Assembly: GCF_902713615.1 (NCBI RefSeq)
Contig: NC_052160.1
Coordinates: 47,024,719-47,088,718 of the forward strand
Length of the DNA stretch: 64,000 bases
Source of the DNA: Scyliorhinus canicula
Lineage: Eukaryota
Reading direction: 5' to 3'
Program-made: the position numbers and the translations under genes
Part shown: positions 25,128-38,319 of the stretch, one piece after another
Numbering within the stretch: the stretch's first letter is position 1
How the letters are laid out: the number at the start of each line of letters is the position of its first letter
The notes under the pieces: generated by a model
Seen by the model: only the letters and a program-made list of their open reading frames with translations
Told to the model about the DNA's origin: nothing
Databases searched by the model: none

Positions 25128-26969
25128 TGGTGCGATTTTCCGGCCTCTTTACACTCGTGCTCAAGTGTAACGGGCCGGTGTATAGCGGGAGAGGCCAAAA
25201 AACGAGATCTGTGCTGGGTGCCAAACAGTTTGCGATGCAACCGACCGACTCCTGTAGATCTCGCCGTAGTGTGACGAGAAACCAATTATCGCTAGTTAAG
25301 CCCCATTTCCACACAGTCAACAAGAGCGACCCCATATCCACCGGCCTCCCGTCATTCATCGATCTCCCCAGCCAGTGCTCACTCTGGCGCCAATTAGTTT
25401 AAAAACGTGAACCTGGCGGAAGGGCTTCCGTGTGGAGCCGGGGAGGTGAGTAGCAATCTTTGCTCACAGTCAAAGAGCCCAGGTGTGCTGGGCTTGCCGC
25501 CCCAATGCTCAGCGGGGGTGAGCCGCCATGGGAGGGTGGGGTGGAGGCACTGGGGGGGCGTCCTCTGGGGCCGGAGGACCCCGGCTCACTTGTCAGCAGC
25601 ACATGCACAGCCGTGCCGCCCTGACCCATGTGCTGCCTGCGAGACGAAGCCTCATCGAGTTGCCATGGCCATCGCTAACTGCACGATGCCTTGGACACCC
25701 TCACTCGTAGTGCCGACATCGTTCACCAGGCTCTCCACTGCAGTCGCCACCCTAGCAGTGTTAACCTCAGTGCCACTCATTGCTGGCGCCATCTCCTGTA
25801 CCCGTAGGCTCCAAGCGACTATGGATCTGCTGGAATGATCCTGCTGTCGCCCTGTGAACATCCCGGCCGCTCCTTATCGTCTTCATCAGCTCTGGGTAAC
25901 CCATTCCCAGAGGCTCAGCATCAGCCAGGGTCCCAGCTGGGTCCTGGAATCCAGCAGACCTCCGAATGCTGTCTTGCCTGGGGGTCCTGCCTCCACCAGA
26001 TGTACATCAGCAGCTGTGTGGTACTCACCAGATTGTGCCCCAGAAGACTGTCCAGTAACATGTCCCATCGAGGAATGTGTATCTGTGCTGGTAGAGTGTG
26101 GGGATGACAGCTGTGCCGTGACAATAACAGTTGCATCCTCGGAGCTCTCTTCCAAGGTGTTATCCTGGGGATTCAGGAGAGGGGGCCGCACGGGATGGGC
26201 TAGAGCCGTCGGCTGGAGGGCCTGCAGGAGAATGGATATATGGTCAGTGGGGGGAATGGGCAATCACAACTCACGTTTGACAGGTCCTCCGGATGGATCC
26301 AGGTGGTTCCTCACCTCTGCGGCGTCCGCCAGCGTCCGCGTTGATGACCGCCCAGTCCTCGGCCACACAGGTCACTTCCAGGACCCGCTCCTCGAAGGTG
26401 GTGTGAAAGGGTTGAGGGGGAAGAGTGAGGGAGGGCTGGGGGCCACTTGGAGAGTTAGGGGGGGTGGACGTTCCCTTCGGGAGGGGGGGTGTTGGTGTCT
26501 ACTCACAGGTGTTGCCCGGTATAGGACGTTGACCTTCTTCCTCCACTGCTGGCCAGTCCCCTTGTTCATACTGCTGCCACCAACTCGTCCCAGGCAGCAC
26601 TGGCTGCCTTGTGGCTCATCCTCTAGACCCCCGGGGGATAAGGATGTCGCCTCCAGGATCCTCCCCAGGTCAGCGTCCCCGAAACTAGGGGCCGGACTCC
26701 TCGGCGCTATTATTACGAGCAAGCTGGGGTTGGCCGAGCAAGTGCTGTTGTAAGTGCTGCTTGACCTTGTTAGTGGGGTATGGGCTGGCGAACGCGGTCC
26801 TGACGAATCGGCTGGCGAGGCGGTATTGGCAGCGAGGAGCCTGTGAGGCCACCTTAAATGGACCAATTAACGTTGGATTGTGTTGCCGGTTTCGCTGGGC
26901 TGAGCACCGGAAACTCGCGGCAATGCCCGCACGCTGCAACACTGAGAAATTTCCTGGAAAATCTCGCCC
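25128..26969 (-). mobile_element. PIF/Harbinger deletion derivative retaining the Myb/SANT gene
   Basis: TIRs GGTGCGATTTTCC...GGAAAATCTCGCCC; minus translation APRSPAPSFGDADLGRILEA...GTGQQWRKKVNVLYRA is Myb/trihelix-like and is followed by a GTGAGT donor (26506-26501). Confidence 0.75.
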
Positions 26970-27437
26970 ATTGTCTCTTCTAATTTTCACAGGACAAGCC
27001 AATTCTTTCTTTCTTCCTCTTTAATTCTAATCCAAACTGCAGAAATTATATACAGTCAGCAGGGGCAATGGCTGCATGTAGAGCATGCTCAAAAATCCTT
27101 CTCTTAATAGAAGTTGCAAAGCTGATAAATACAAATATTTTTGTATGTTGATTTAGTTTTACATAATTCTGAAATCAGTAATTTTGTGAAGCCAGTTTAC
27201 ATGATTTTTTGAATACTTGTCATTTTAAAAAGACCAAAATATAAATAATCATCAAGGACTGAAACAAGAAGAAAGTAGGTCTTGGTGACTTTTTTCAAAT
27301 TGGTACAAAGGTATTTATGAGGTTCGAGGTGCCTTTTTAAAATCATCACTGAGAAGCAAAAAATATTTGCAAATGCATGTTATTTGGTTAATACTTGGTT
27401 AATTAATGTTACCAATGCATTCTTTCTGGGAGAACAG

Positions 27438-28053
27438 GGGCTGGATTCTCCCAAAATGGGGCTATGTCCACAAGCCGACGTAAAAACGCAGGCGTTGCAC
27501 TCCCGAGTTTCCTGAAAAGAATACAAGCCGATTCACTTTCCTTCAGGGGGCTAGCAGGGACCCGGAGTGCTTCACGCAGCTTTCGTTACGGATATGGGCC
27601 CCCGAACATCTGGTTCCAAGTTCGCACATGTGCACGGCGCCGAGCGCCAAGTTGGACTCGAACTGGGAAGGCATCTGGAAGATGTCGGCCCCCCCGATCG
27701 GCCGCGCACCCGAGGATTCGTCCGGCCTGATCTCTCCCCCGGTCGCCCATGAGGCCTCTCCATCCCCCCCCCCAGTGCCCGATCTCCCCACCAGGGAGAC
27801 TGAGTCCGCTGCCACCACGTGAGAGTCCGACTGGCCATAGCATGTTAGTTCCACGCCATCGGGAACTCGGCCGGTTGGGAGCGGGGGATCGCTGGGCGGA
27901 CCCCCCAGCCGTGCGGAGTAATGCACGAACACGCAGATATTCGGAGCCCAGAGAATTGCCAGACCAGCGCTGGGCCCGATTTCATCGTGAAATTGGATTC
28001 TTCGTTCCCGTACCAAATGCGTTTTCGGCGAGGGGCTGTGGAGAAACCAGCCC
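27438..28053. mobile_element. Harbinger-type MITE
   Basis: TIR GGGCTGGATTCTCC / GGAGAAACCAGCCC; 3-bp TSD CAG (27435-27437, 28054-28056). Confidence 0.85.
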
Positions 28054-29507
28054 CAGATATTTTGGTTTGTAAAGGAGGTAATGCCTACTGTCAGTTGCTA
28101 CCATTTGAAGGACAGAAAGGAAGAGGAAATAATGCAGTGCATAGCATTTTTTCACATCTTCAACATGTTCCAAAGCATTCACAGCCAATTAATTACTTCT
28201 CAAATTGTAGTCACTATTGTTCTGTCGGCTGCCATCACAACCCAAGCTGAGATTAACTGTGACGTTTTAGAGGTAACAGCAAGGACAGTTCTCATCACTT
28301 GGCTGTCAAGCTATAAAATAGAAATTATTTTATGACTCTGTAGCATTTTCTTTGGGAATGGTAGACTTTCGTACTAACTCTCTAAGCACTGTATGGCAGA
28401 TTGCCGTGCTGGGCGAATGCATGCATTTAAGTTCCCAGTGGTGGTCTCCTTTCCTGCTGCCCGCACTATAATCAAAGTCCCTCTCGACTGATATACTTAA
28501 ATAGACAACAGTGATGACTTCAAAAGTACTTAATTGTCTGTAAAGTGCTTTGAGGCATTTTGAACTGTTGAGGAAACTGCAATGTGTATCCAAGTTTTTT
28601 CATAGCTAATCAATAACTTCATAATTTATTGTGAACAAAATGGGGAATTATAACCTACTGCCAACAGCAAAGGTTTCCAGTTATGTATATTGCGAGGAGG
28701 AAACAGCAGGTTGTTATTAAAAATAATAGGTATGGGGTCATAATTTAGCCTGATGGATTCAGATGATTTTGTTCTTGTAGTTTATGATGATGTGTGCCCC
28801 TTCATTTTGGTGTCATCTTGTAACATTTCAGAGTTAGTTGAGTTGTGTGCAAAAGCCCTACTTGCATTTCAGAGAGGATAGACTGTTGGTAGCAACAAAA
28901 TGTGTAAACGCACCCAAATCTTAAGTGGCAGAGTGCAATGGAATCAAGAATTGTGATTGTCCGTGGCAACCTAACTAGTCTGGGGGCTTTAATTTGGCAG
29001 AGTTGAGTGCAAGTGAGGGTCGGGGACAAAAGGTGAAAAAAATTACTAGAGAAGAAAAAAACTAAGATGTCTGATGAATCTCAACGGGTTGCTTAATATT
29101 TCTGCTGTTAGCAGCTGCTGACAAGGTTATCTTGGCACTGCACCACCTTAATTCAGTTAGAGGTTGTCTTTCACAGAACAAGAACAGGGGTTCCTTTCCT
29201 CACATGAGCATAGCAAGTAGAAATATCCTACAGTACTGAGCTCTGCAAGCTGTCAACAATCTATTTGGTGTGCACAGACCATCTTGTAAAGCATGCAGAA
29301 TGTGTTGCGAATATCGCCAGATGTATGTGGTGACCAACCTGCTCAGACCCACAGTTTAGACTTAGAAGTAGTCTCATGCTAATGTGGCTGTCGCACAGGG
29401 CCTAACCAATGGATTAAGCAATAAAGGGTTAATACGTTTCAGAATTAATTGTTTTACCCTGGGGTTGGGGGCGAGGAAGGAAGAATTACACTTCCTCTTC
29501 TTTCTCC

Positions 29508-30476
29508 TGTTACGATACCTGGGCTAGTGTGTGGTCACTTGATCCGGAGTCACAGCACAAGTGAATTAACCAATAATTCTGATAAAAATACCTGAAGTCT
29601 TTGGTCCTTGGCTGTCCAGTGATTTCAGTCACCATGTTTGTAAGTTTAAACACAATTACTGTTGATTTATAACAATGAAATCTGCAGAAAATACAAATGG
29701 TTAACTATTATCTAATTCTAATTATCTAAATCCCCCTGTTTTAACTTGCCCCCCCCCCCCCCACCTTCTATACACACACACACACACGCACACACACGCA
29801 CACACACAAAATACATACAAACATAGGGGGAGAAAGGGGTGGGAAAAAAACAAGGTAATGGAGAAAACAAATCTTAGTTTCTGATGGGTATTTTCAGTAC
29901 CCTGATCCTCTTCAAACCTTGCTTTCAGTTAAGGTTTTTATTGTAGATTCATTAGGCCTTGGTGGTTTCAGCAATACAGTACTCGCAGCCTTTCTGGAGC
30001 AAGAGAGATAGAGTCCTGGTCTTTGCCTGCTGTCTGTAATGGTTTTCCTGTTGATTCATTCAGCTAGGTTCTCTGCAGCCTCAGGAATACAGCATTCACA
30101 GCTTTCCTGGAATGGGGGAAAGAAAGTAGTTCCTTCGACTCAACTGGTCCCTCAGGTCTCTGAGAACCATCCCAGTGGTATAGGATCCAATCACCACCTG
30201 TTAACGGGCAGAGCATCGCCTTTTGGTCAATATATTGGCTACCAGCGATCAATCAGACCGAGTCCCACCCCATCTCTCTCTGGTGCCAAAAAGTCTAAAG
30301 TGCCTCTTCAAACTAGCAGAGGCTCACAGAAGTTCTCTCCTGGAACTTCTGAATTCCTCATTCTCTCTGTTGCTTGCCTTAATGATACATGTCCATTAAT
30401 CACCCATGGATCAAAAAGGATGATGGTAAAATAAAAGAAAGGGGAAATAAAGGAATAAACAGGAAGGACCCTTACA
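29508..30476. mobile_element. Solo LTR (~970 bp) with internal (CA)n
   Basis: TGTTA...TTACA termini; 4-bp flanks CTCC/CCCC (one mismatch); (CA)n at ~29772-29808. Confidence 0.6.
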
Positions 30477-32727
30477 CCCCAGATAGTTGTAAAGAAACGT
30501 TTTTAAACATCACTCGTTTTTGGCAGCTTACTGGAGCTGGTTACATGTCAAATTTCAAAGCCAGAAGAGAGCGCATCCTATGATGTATGCAGCAGATCTC
30601 TCAACAAATGGCTGTCGTTTTGTTAACATCAATCAACATCTTTTCTGGTCATGGATGTATATCTTGGCACCATCTGTGATGTTTGAAAAAATAAATACTG
30701 GCCATGTTCCCAGAGATTCTACTTAGCTGCTAGTTTATTTGGGAAGATTTCCATTAGCATTCCTTCAAAATCTATTTCAAATACTTCAGATTAATTTCAA
30801 CATTTTTTTATATTCAATATTGAAATCTGTTTTTAGATGGTGAATGTTGATATCATTAAAGTGTCTTGGTTTTGACTGGTCTCTTATTAACATCGCCAGT
30901 TGAATTGATAAGTATTCAAAACCCTGCTGGTTAATGACTGGATCTCTTTGCCAATAATAGTTAAAACAAAGATGGTCTGAGTAATGCATCCCTGTTAACC
31001 CTGATGTAATCAACATCCGGCTATTTCAAAAGGATATCAATGTTGATTATTTGTAACTTTATGTTTGAAGAGGAAAACCATGTCAACTTCCTACTTTGAT
31101 TTCTTTTAAATAGGTAAAAAATATAGCACAATTGGTACAATATGCATTCAATCTAAATTCATATTTCCGACATATGATTACTGCAATTCAAAAGTAATTC
31201 ATAAGCTTTGAAGAAACATTTGGAAAATTGTGAGATTGTTTTCCATTTATTTCACCTTGCTAACATTTACAAGAGATTAGGTTTAATCCTTTGGACAGCT
31301 TCATACCTGCCGGACTCTGACAAGAATGATCTTTGTTTTTCCCTATAAAGGTTATCTCCAAACCTATCCCTTGAAGTTTAATGCTGCATAGCAAAGCCAT
31401 TTTGTAAGAGTTGACCTTCCAGGCATGTTGCAAGAATGGCATACCTGTTTAGCCCATCAAATACCTTCCTTTACCTTTCAGAATCCGTACCTTTGGAACA
31501 TGTAGTTCTAAAATATTCTCTCTGAAATGCAAGAGTATTTCTTTATAACCTCTGTTCACTTTCAGTATGGCCCGGTTTCCCTGGACTTATTTTGGATCAC
31601 TGTCTGGATATTTTCTTAGGGTAACTTAAGTTGGATGGGCACTTATTTATTCAGGTTCTCAGTGAAAAATTGAAACACTGAACTTATTTGAAACTGATGT
31701 AAAAGTGATTTAATATTGAGCCCCCTCATTGACATTGTCCACTTGACCACTTAGGTATCTGATGTTGCTGGTCATTCCAAAAATTATGCATCAATATGGT
31801 TGATGTTAACAGAAGTACCTTAGCATTACATTTTTATTGACAGTAAAAAGAGCCAGTAATTGTGTGCATTAGTGAGTTTTACTCCCAATGACCTTTACAT
31901 CAAAGGATTAGTATTTTTAATCTAATTTATAATACTCCTGTTTTCAAATGTAATAAGTAGGAGAGCGTGTTTTTAAATATTTTTAGATATTGTGTGTTAT
32001 GTGTTTCCAAGATATCTGTCGCTCAGCCACACAAAACCACCCTCACTCTTCACCTTCCCTTGCTGGAGTTTTAAAATACTGCAGTATTTAATGTCACAGA
32101 CTTGAGATGCACGGGCTTTCAGATTTGCAGTCAGTGTCCTATTTATTCTGCTTTCACTTCATACGTGATGTCTCTATTGCACTCCGCACAGCCATTGTGT
32201 AGTGGTAACACCAAAATTAACATTGTCTTTTGTAAATTTAGGCTACATAATAAAAGAATAGCAAATGCCAGGCATGGAGTTGAACCGGTAACTCAATCTT
32301 CTGACTCTGTTGACACTCATAAATTACTGAAGCCTAGCTTTTACAGTTTGACGTCATCCAAACTGCTCAGTTGAATTACTGCCTTGTAAGTTGCTGCCAA
32401 CCATCTATTATCTTATATATCTAAACTACGTAGCTATAAATAATGCCAACACTATAATCGGTCTGTCAACATGCACCGCCCTAAGATATGTTGAATTGGT
32501 AATAGAAATGTTCTAACCTTCTGATATCTATTTGTTTTGTTTTTAATAGTGAATTTCAGTGTCAGGAAAACACAAAGCTCTGTGCAGTAATATTCTGCCA
32601 AATACAAGGAATTATAAATACAAAGAAATTGAGTTTTTTTTTCATTAAAAGAGAAGCAAATAAAGCATAATTTGATCTGAAACTTTGAAGATATCGGTCA
32701 AATGTAATATATATAAGTAGGAATAAG

Positions 32728-33022
32728 CAGGGTGGCACAGTAGCACATTGGTTATCACTGTCGCTTCACAGCTCCAGGGTCCCAGGTTCGATTCCCGGCT
32801 TGGGTCACTGTCTGTGAGGAGTCTACATGTTCTCCTTGTGTCTGCGCGTGTTTCCTCCAGGAGCTCTGGTTAGGTTGATTGGCCATGCTAAATTGCCCTT
32901 AGTGTCCAAAGAAGTTGGATGGGGTTGCTGGGTTACGGGTATGGGTCTTAAGTGGGGTGCTCGTTCCCAGGGCCGGTGCAGACTTGATGGGCCAAATGGT
33001 CTTCTGCACTGTAAATTCTATG
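32728..33022 (+). mobile_element. HE1-type SINE (internal deletion)
   Basis: GGTTCGATTCCCGG B box, core, CTGCACTGTAAATTCTATG tail. Confidence 0.9.
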
Positions 33023-33379
33023 AAAGCAAATATGTTGCCAGTGGCTGAAGGAAGAGGGAACATGTATAGAACAACAACTTTACTTATATAGCACTTTTTT
33101 TCAAATGTCCCAAGCTGCTTCATCGGAGCCTATTCTGGATTCAAAAGGAGGTATTTGGAGAGCTAACCCAAAGCTTAGCCAGAGAAATGGCTTGTAAGGA
33201 AGAAAGACTTGTGCAGCTTAGGGACAGAATTTCAAAGTGAGATACCACTACATGATTCTACCATGAGAGAAACCTTCTGGCAGACTGTTTCCTTTGGTGT
33301 GATTGTGATATGCAGTCTTAGCAGACTGCCCTGGCCATCCTTATGTTAATACCTGCTGATCAGAAAATTTACATGCAAT

Positions 33380-33662
33380 TGATGTGACCATCAATTCACT
33401 CGAGACACGAGAGGAAGTAAACTGTGGCTTTAATAGATTTACAACTGAGCCTGCCTACGACCAGAAGAACTGAGGGCAGACTTACAAGACCGCAGCACTT
33501 TATACTTCCGGTAGTGGGAGGGGCCATGGGCAGAGCCAAGGGTGGAGCCCTGTACAAGCTCCTCATCTCCCCCTGTGGGCAGAGCCACGCAACAGCTCAC
33601 AGACGGAGCCCACAGGGACACAATGATACATAGTGTGAATTAAGCATTATACATTCACCACA
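33380..33662 (-). repeat. Gypsy 3' LTR
   Basis: Direct repeat of 37442-37712; adjacent PPT. Confidence 0.95.
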
Positions 33663-33699
33663 TTTACCCCCTGTAAAAAAAATCAAGTCCGGCGGGGGG

Positions 33700-36600
33700 G
33701 GAGACGGGTCTACGGATTGAGCCGGTCCGGTGGCCGAGTCGTCCGCTGGGATCGGCGGAGCACTGGGGTTGCAGCCGCTTCGGATGGCTGTGTGCTGGCG
33801 GGCGGTGTGGATCTGAGGGTGGACTCCGGGGGTGGTTCGTTCAGAGCTTCGTTCCTGACCAGTGCAACGGGCGAAGGGGGGGCGCAGGAAACCTGTAGGC
33901 GTGGGGGCGCAGGGCGTGGGGGGTCGGGTGAGGTGTAGTGTGAGGGGTACCTTGGTGGTGGTGGTGGATCCTGCAGTCGCCAGGTCCTGGAGGGAAACGG
34001 TGTCCTGATGGCCGTCGGGGTGTTCTATAAAGGCGTAGTGTGGGTTTGAGTGTAGCAGTAGCACCCTTTCTACTAGTGGGTCGGTTTTATGTGTCCGGAC
34101 GTGCTTCTGGAGGAGAACCGGGCCCAATGTACTCAACCAAGATGGGAGCGAAGCCCCCGTGGTAGTGCCCCTAGGGAAAACAAATAATGGCACGTGAGGG
34201 GTCTGATTAGTGGCCGTACACAGGAGGGACCTAATTGCATGGAGCGCGTCGGGGAGGACCTCCTGCCAGTGGGATGTCGGGAGATTCCTGGACCGTAGGG
34301 TCAGTAGGACGGTCTTCCAGACCGTCGCTTTCTCCCTCTCCACCTGCCGTTCCCCCTGGGGTTATAGCTGGTAGTCCTGCTCGAGGTGATGCCCTTGTCG
34401 AGCAGGTACTGACGCAGCTCGTCGCTCATGAAGGACGAACCCCTGTCGCTGTGGACGTAGCTGGGGAAGCCGAACAGGGTGAAGACACTGTGCAGGGCTC
34501 TGATGACTGTATGGGAGGTCATAACGGGGCATGTGATAGCAAACGGAAAACGGGAGAATTTGTCTATGACGTTGAGGAAGTACACATTTCGATTGGTCGA
34601 GGGGAGGGGCCCTTTCAAATCGATGCTCAGGCTTTCAAAGGGCCGGGAAGCCTTTACCAGGTGGGCCTTGTCTGGTCTATAGAAGTGCGGTTTGCACTCC
34701 GTGCAGATTGGGCAATCCCTGGTGATGGCTTTTACCTTCTCGGTGGAGAAAGGCAGATTTCGGGCTTTGATGTAGTGGGCAAGCCGGGTGACCCCCGGGG
34801 TGGCAGAGGTCATTGTGGATAGCCTGTAATCGGTTGTCTTGCGCGCTGGCGCATGTGCCGCGGGACAGGGCATCTGGGGGCTCGTTGAGCTTCCCTGGCC
34901 GATATATGGTGTCATAATTATAGGTGGAGAGTTCGATCCTCCACCTCAAGATTTTATCGTTTTTTATTTTGCCCCATTGCGAGTTGTCGAACATGAAGGC
35001 AACCGATCTCTGGTCGTTGATGAGGGTGAACTTCCTACCTGCGAGGTAGTGCCTCCAGTGCCGTACGGCTTCCACAATGGCTTGAGTTTTTTCGACTGAA
35101 GAGTGTCGAAGTTCTGAAGCGGACAGGGTTCGGGAGAAGAAGGCTACTGGTCTCCCTGCCTGGTTCAGAGTGGCAGCGAGAGCGACCTCTCCACCTGAAA
35201 GGGGACGGATTCATCCACCGCCTGCATGGCGGCTTTGGCGATGTCCTCCTTGATGCAGTTGAAGGCCTGGCGGGCCTCGGCTGACAGTGGGAAGAATGTG
35301 GTCTTAAATAGTGGGCGGGCTTTGTCCGCATACTGGGGGACCCACTGGGAGTAATAGGAGAAAAAGCCAAGGCACCTATTAAGGGCCCTGGAACAATGAG
35401 GGAGAGGGAGTTTAAGAGGGGGCGCATACGGTCCGGGTGTGGGCCCAGGACTCCATTTTCCACGACATAGCCGAGGAGGGCTAGTCTGATTGTGCGGAAA
35501 ACGCATTTCTCCTTATTGTATGTGAGATCGAGTTTCTGGGCGGTTTGGAGAAATCGGTGGAGGTTGGCGTCGTGGTCCTGCTGGTCATGGCCACAGATGG
35601 TGACGTTATCCAGATACGGAAACGTGGCCCGCAGCCCGTACTGGTCCACCATTCGGTCCATTGCTCGTTGGAACACCGAGACCCCATTCGTGATGCCAGA
35701 GGGAACCCGGAGGAAATGTAAGAGGCGGCCATCTGCCTCGAACGCCGTGTAGTGGCGGTCCTCCGGGTGGATTGGGAGCTGGTGGTATACAGACTTCAGA
35801 TCCACCATGGAGAATATGCGGTACTGGGCGATCTGGTTGACCATGTCTGCAATTCGGGGGAGGGGGTACGCATCGAGGTGCGTGAACCGGTTAATAGTTT
35901 GGCTGTAATCAACCACCATCCGGAACTTTTCCCCGGTCTTGACGACCACCACCTGAGCACTCCAGGGGCTATTACTGGCCTCTATGACTCCCTCACGTGG
36001 GAGCCGCTGGACTTCGGCTCTGATAAATACCCTGTCCTGCAGGCTATACCGCCTGCTGCGAGTGGCTACGGGTTTGCAGTTAGCAGTGAGATTAGCGATG
36101 AGTGGAGGGGGGTCGATTTTTAGAGTCGTTAAGCTGCATATAGTGAGAGGGGGTAGGGGTCCACCGAAGCTGAGTGTGAGGCTTCTAAGATTGCATTGAA
36201 AATCGATCCCGAGTAGGAGGGGGGCGCAGAGGTCTGGGAGTACGTACGTACATCTGGAGTAGCTGGAGCCCTGTATTGTTAATGTCGCAACGGTGCGCCC
36301 TTGTATTTGAACCGAGTGCGAACCCGAGGCGCGGGAGATAGTTTGCCGTGCTGGGAAGATAGGGAGCGAACAGCGTCTTACCAGGTCCGGATGAACGAAG
36401 CTCTCGGTGCTCCCGGAGTCGAAGAGGCACGGTGTCTTGTATCCGTTGACCTGAACGGACATCATTGAGCTTCTGAGGTGCTTTGGCCGCGACTGGTCAA
36501 AGTGACTGCGTTGAGTTGCGGGTAGTCGGTGGCTTGATCAGCAGTGCTGGAGTGGCCCCGTGATGACTGTCCGTGGATGTCGTAGTCGTCGAGATGAACA

Positions 36601-37415
36601 TCGAATGATGGTCAAGGTGGCGGTCCCCGTTGATCGCACGTGGCGGGCGATGAAGAAGATGGCATCCAAGATGGTATAGACAAGCATACCTTAGCAAAAT
36701 GTCCTTTTCGCCCGCAGCTGCTGCAGGTCGCGTTGCGGGCCGGACAGGACAGTGCTGCCGTGGGTGTTGGGGCTGACCGCAGAAATGGCACAATGGCGCT
36801 CCATAGTGGGCGGGCGGCCGCGCGGCGCAGGCCTGGGGCAGTCTCTGGTCGGGGGTCCACGATGGGGTCATGTGGTCAGCGGGGAACGAGTTCAACTTTG
36901 AAACGCGACCTCCAACGAGGTTGCTAGCGTTACAGTGTCCTCCAAGTTCTCGGCCCCTTTTTCAAGGAGACACTCGCGCACGTAGTTAGACCGGACCCCT
37001 GCAACATACACATCACGGACAGCGAGTTCCATATGCTGGGAGGCAGTTACAGCCTGAAAGTTGCATTCCCGTGCAAGAGCTTTTAGATCGCGCAGGTAGT
37101 CCTCTAGCAACTTTGCTGGCGGCGGGTAGTGAAAATATGCCGTGCGTAAACTTCATTTACAGGACGCACGTATAGGCGGTCAAGTATAGCGAGGGCTTCG
37201 GTGTACGAGTCGGTACTATCGAGTTGCGTAGAGATGCGATGGCTCACCCGTGCATGCAGGTGACTGAGTTTCTGCTCTTCAGTAGTAGCGGAGGTAGTCG
37301 ACGCAGCCAGGTAGGCCTTGAAGCACCGAAGCCAGTGTAGAAAGATTTCCTTTGCTTCTGCGGCCTGGGGTCGAGTTCTAGTCGATCAGGTTTGAGGGCT
37401 GAGGGCTGATTCCAT
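33700..37415 (-). pseudogene. Gypsy gag-pol (multiple frameshifts)
   Basis: ATG in CCACCATGG at 37415; zinc knuckles CHFCGQPQH..C and CSSCGRKGHFAKVC; protease LFDSGS; RT RMVVDY...YLDN; RNase H EAVRHWRHYLAGRKF; integrase HHCC, SIDLKGP, HSDRG. Confidence 0.93.
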
Positions 37416-37441
37416 GGTGGGTTTTTTTAAGTCTATTAAAT

Positions 37442-37712
37442 TGATGTGACCATCAATTCACTCGAGACACGAAAGGAAGTAAACTGTGGCTTTAATAGAC
37501 TTACAACTGAGCCTGCCTGCGACCAGAAGAACTGAGGGTAGACTCACAAGACCGCAGCACTTTATACTTCCGGTAGTGGGAGGGGCCATGGGCGGAGCCC
37601 TGTACAAGCTCCTCATCTCCCCCTGTGGGCAGAGCCGCGCAACGGCTCTCAGATGGAGCCCACAGAGACACAATGATACATAGTGTGAATTAAGCATTAT
37701 ACATTCACCACA
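37442..37712 (-). repeat. Gypsy 5' LTR (TATAAA ~37566-37561, ATTAAA ~37496-37491 on minus)
   Basis: Direct repeat of 33380-33662. Confidence 0.95.
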
Positions 37713-38087
37713 GCAGTTATCTCTGGTTTTATACTAGAGATGGCTTTTTGATCCCTTTGGTGTGTTGATGTGAATATGTGGCCTATTCTGTTTTAATTGA
37801 ATGATTGTCCATTGGGGATTTAACAAGCGGGTTCAAACAATGCTTTTGTAACTGTCAATATAATTTGAATATTTATAGGATCAATTGGCAACAATACACC
37901 TCAGTATGAAAGGTTTGATTTGTTCATGGATGAAAAATAGCTCTGACCCTTGTAATGTTTGAATTTAATTTGAACAACTGTATTTTAAGACATTACCTGG
38001 ATTCAAAAAAACTATTATTTGTGCTTTAGTGCCAGACTTGGGATTCTCATCCTTGTCATGCTGATTAGGAAATTTCTTGCCTTTCAG

Positions 38088-38292
38088 GGTGATTATGATC
38101 CAACCAAAACAAAAGTACTTCACTTTAGTATAAACCCCTGGAGTCTGGCAAAGGAGCATCGTATTGTAGAGGAGAAGAGTTTAAAGGAAGAATGCGAACA
38201 TCTCCGAGAACGGGTGCAGATTCTGGAAGGAGGAGCAGTCCCTGAACAAGGGAGGTCACAAACCAATCTACCGCCATCTCAGGAAATTGCAG
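38088..38292 (+). CDS. MAD1L1: Internal coding exon of mitotic spindle checkpoint protein MAD1 (contains MAD2-interaction motif)
   Basis: Acceptor ttcttgcctttcag|GGT and donor GCAG|gtatgt. Translates GDYDPTKTKVLHFSINPWSLAKEHRIVEEKSLKEECEHLRERVQILEGGAVPEQGRSQTNLPPSQEIA, recognisably homologous to human MAD1 GDYDQSRTKVLHMSLNP...LQAECERLR...LPSSKEVA. Length 205 nt, phase 0 to phase 1. Confidence 0.95.
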
Positions 38293-38319
38293 GTATGTTC
38301 TAACTTGAGCGGGAGTATC

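Larger units (their letters stand above)
33380..37712 (-). mobile_element. Gypsy/Ty3 LTR retrotransposon, complete but frameshifted (4.33 kb)
   Basis: LTRs 33380-33662 and 37442-37712 (TG...CA, about 11 substitutions plus a 12-bp indel); TSD GCAAT/GCAGT; PPT CAGGGGGTAAA next to the 3' LTR; order gag-PR-RT-RH-IN. Confidence 0.96.

Noticed and set aside
25854-26753. 299-aa plus-strand ORF
   Set aside because: Antisense to the decayed Harbinger Myb gene in GC-rich DNA; no motifs.
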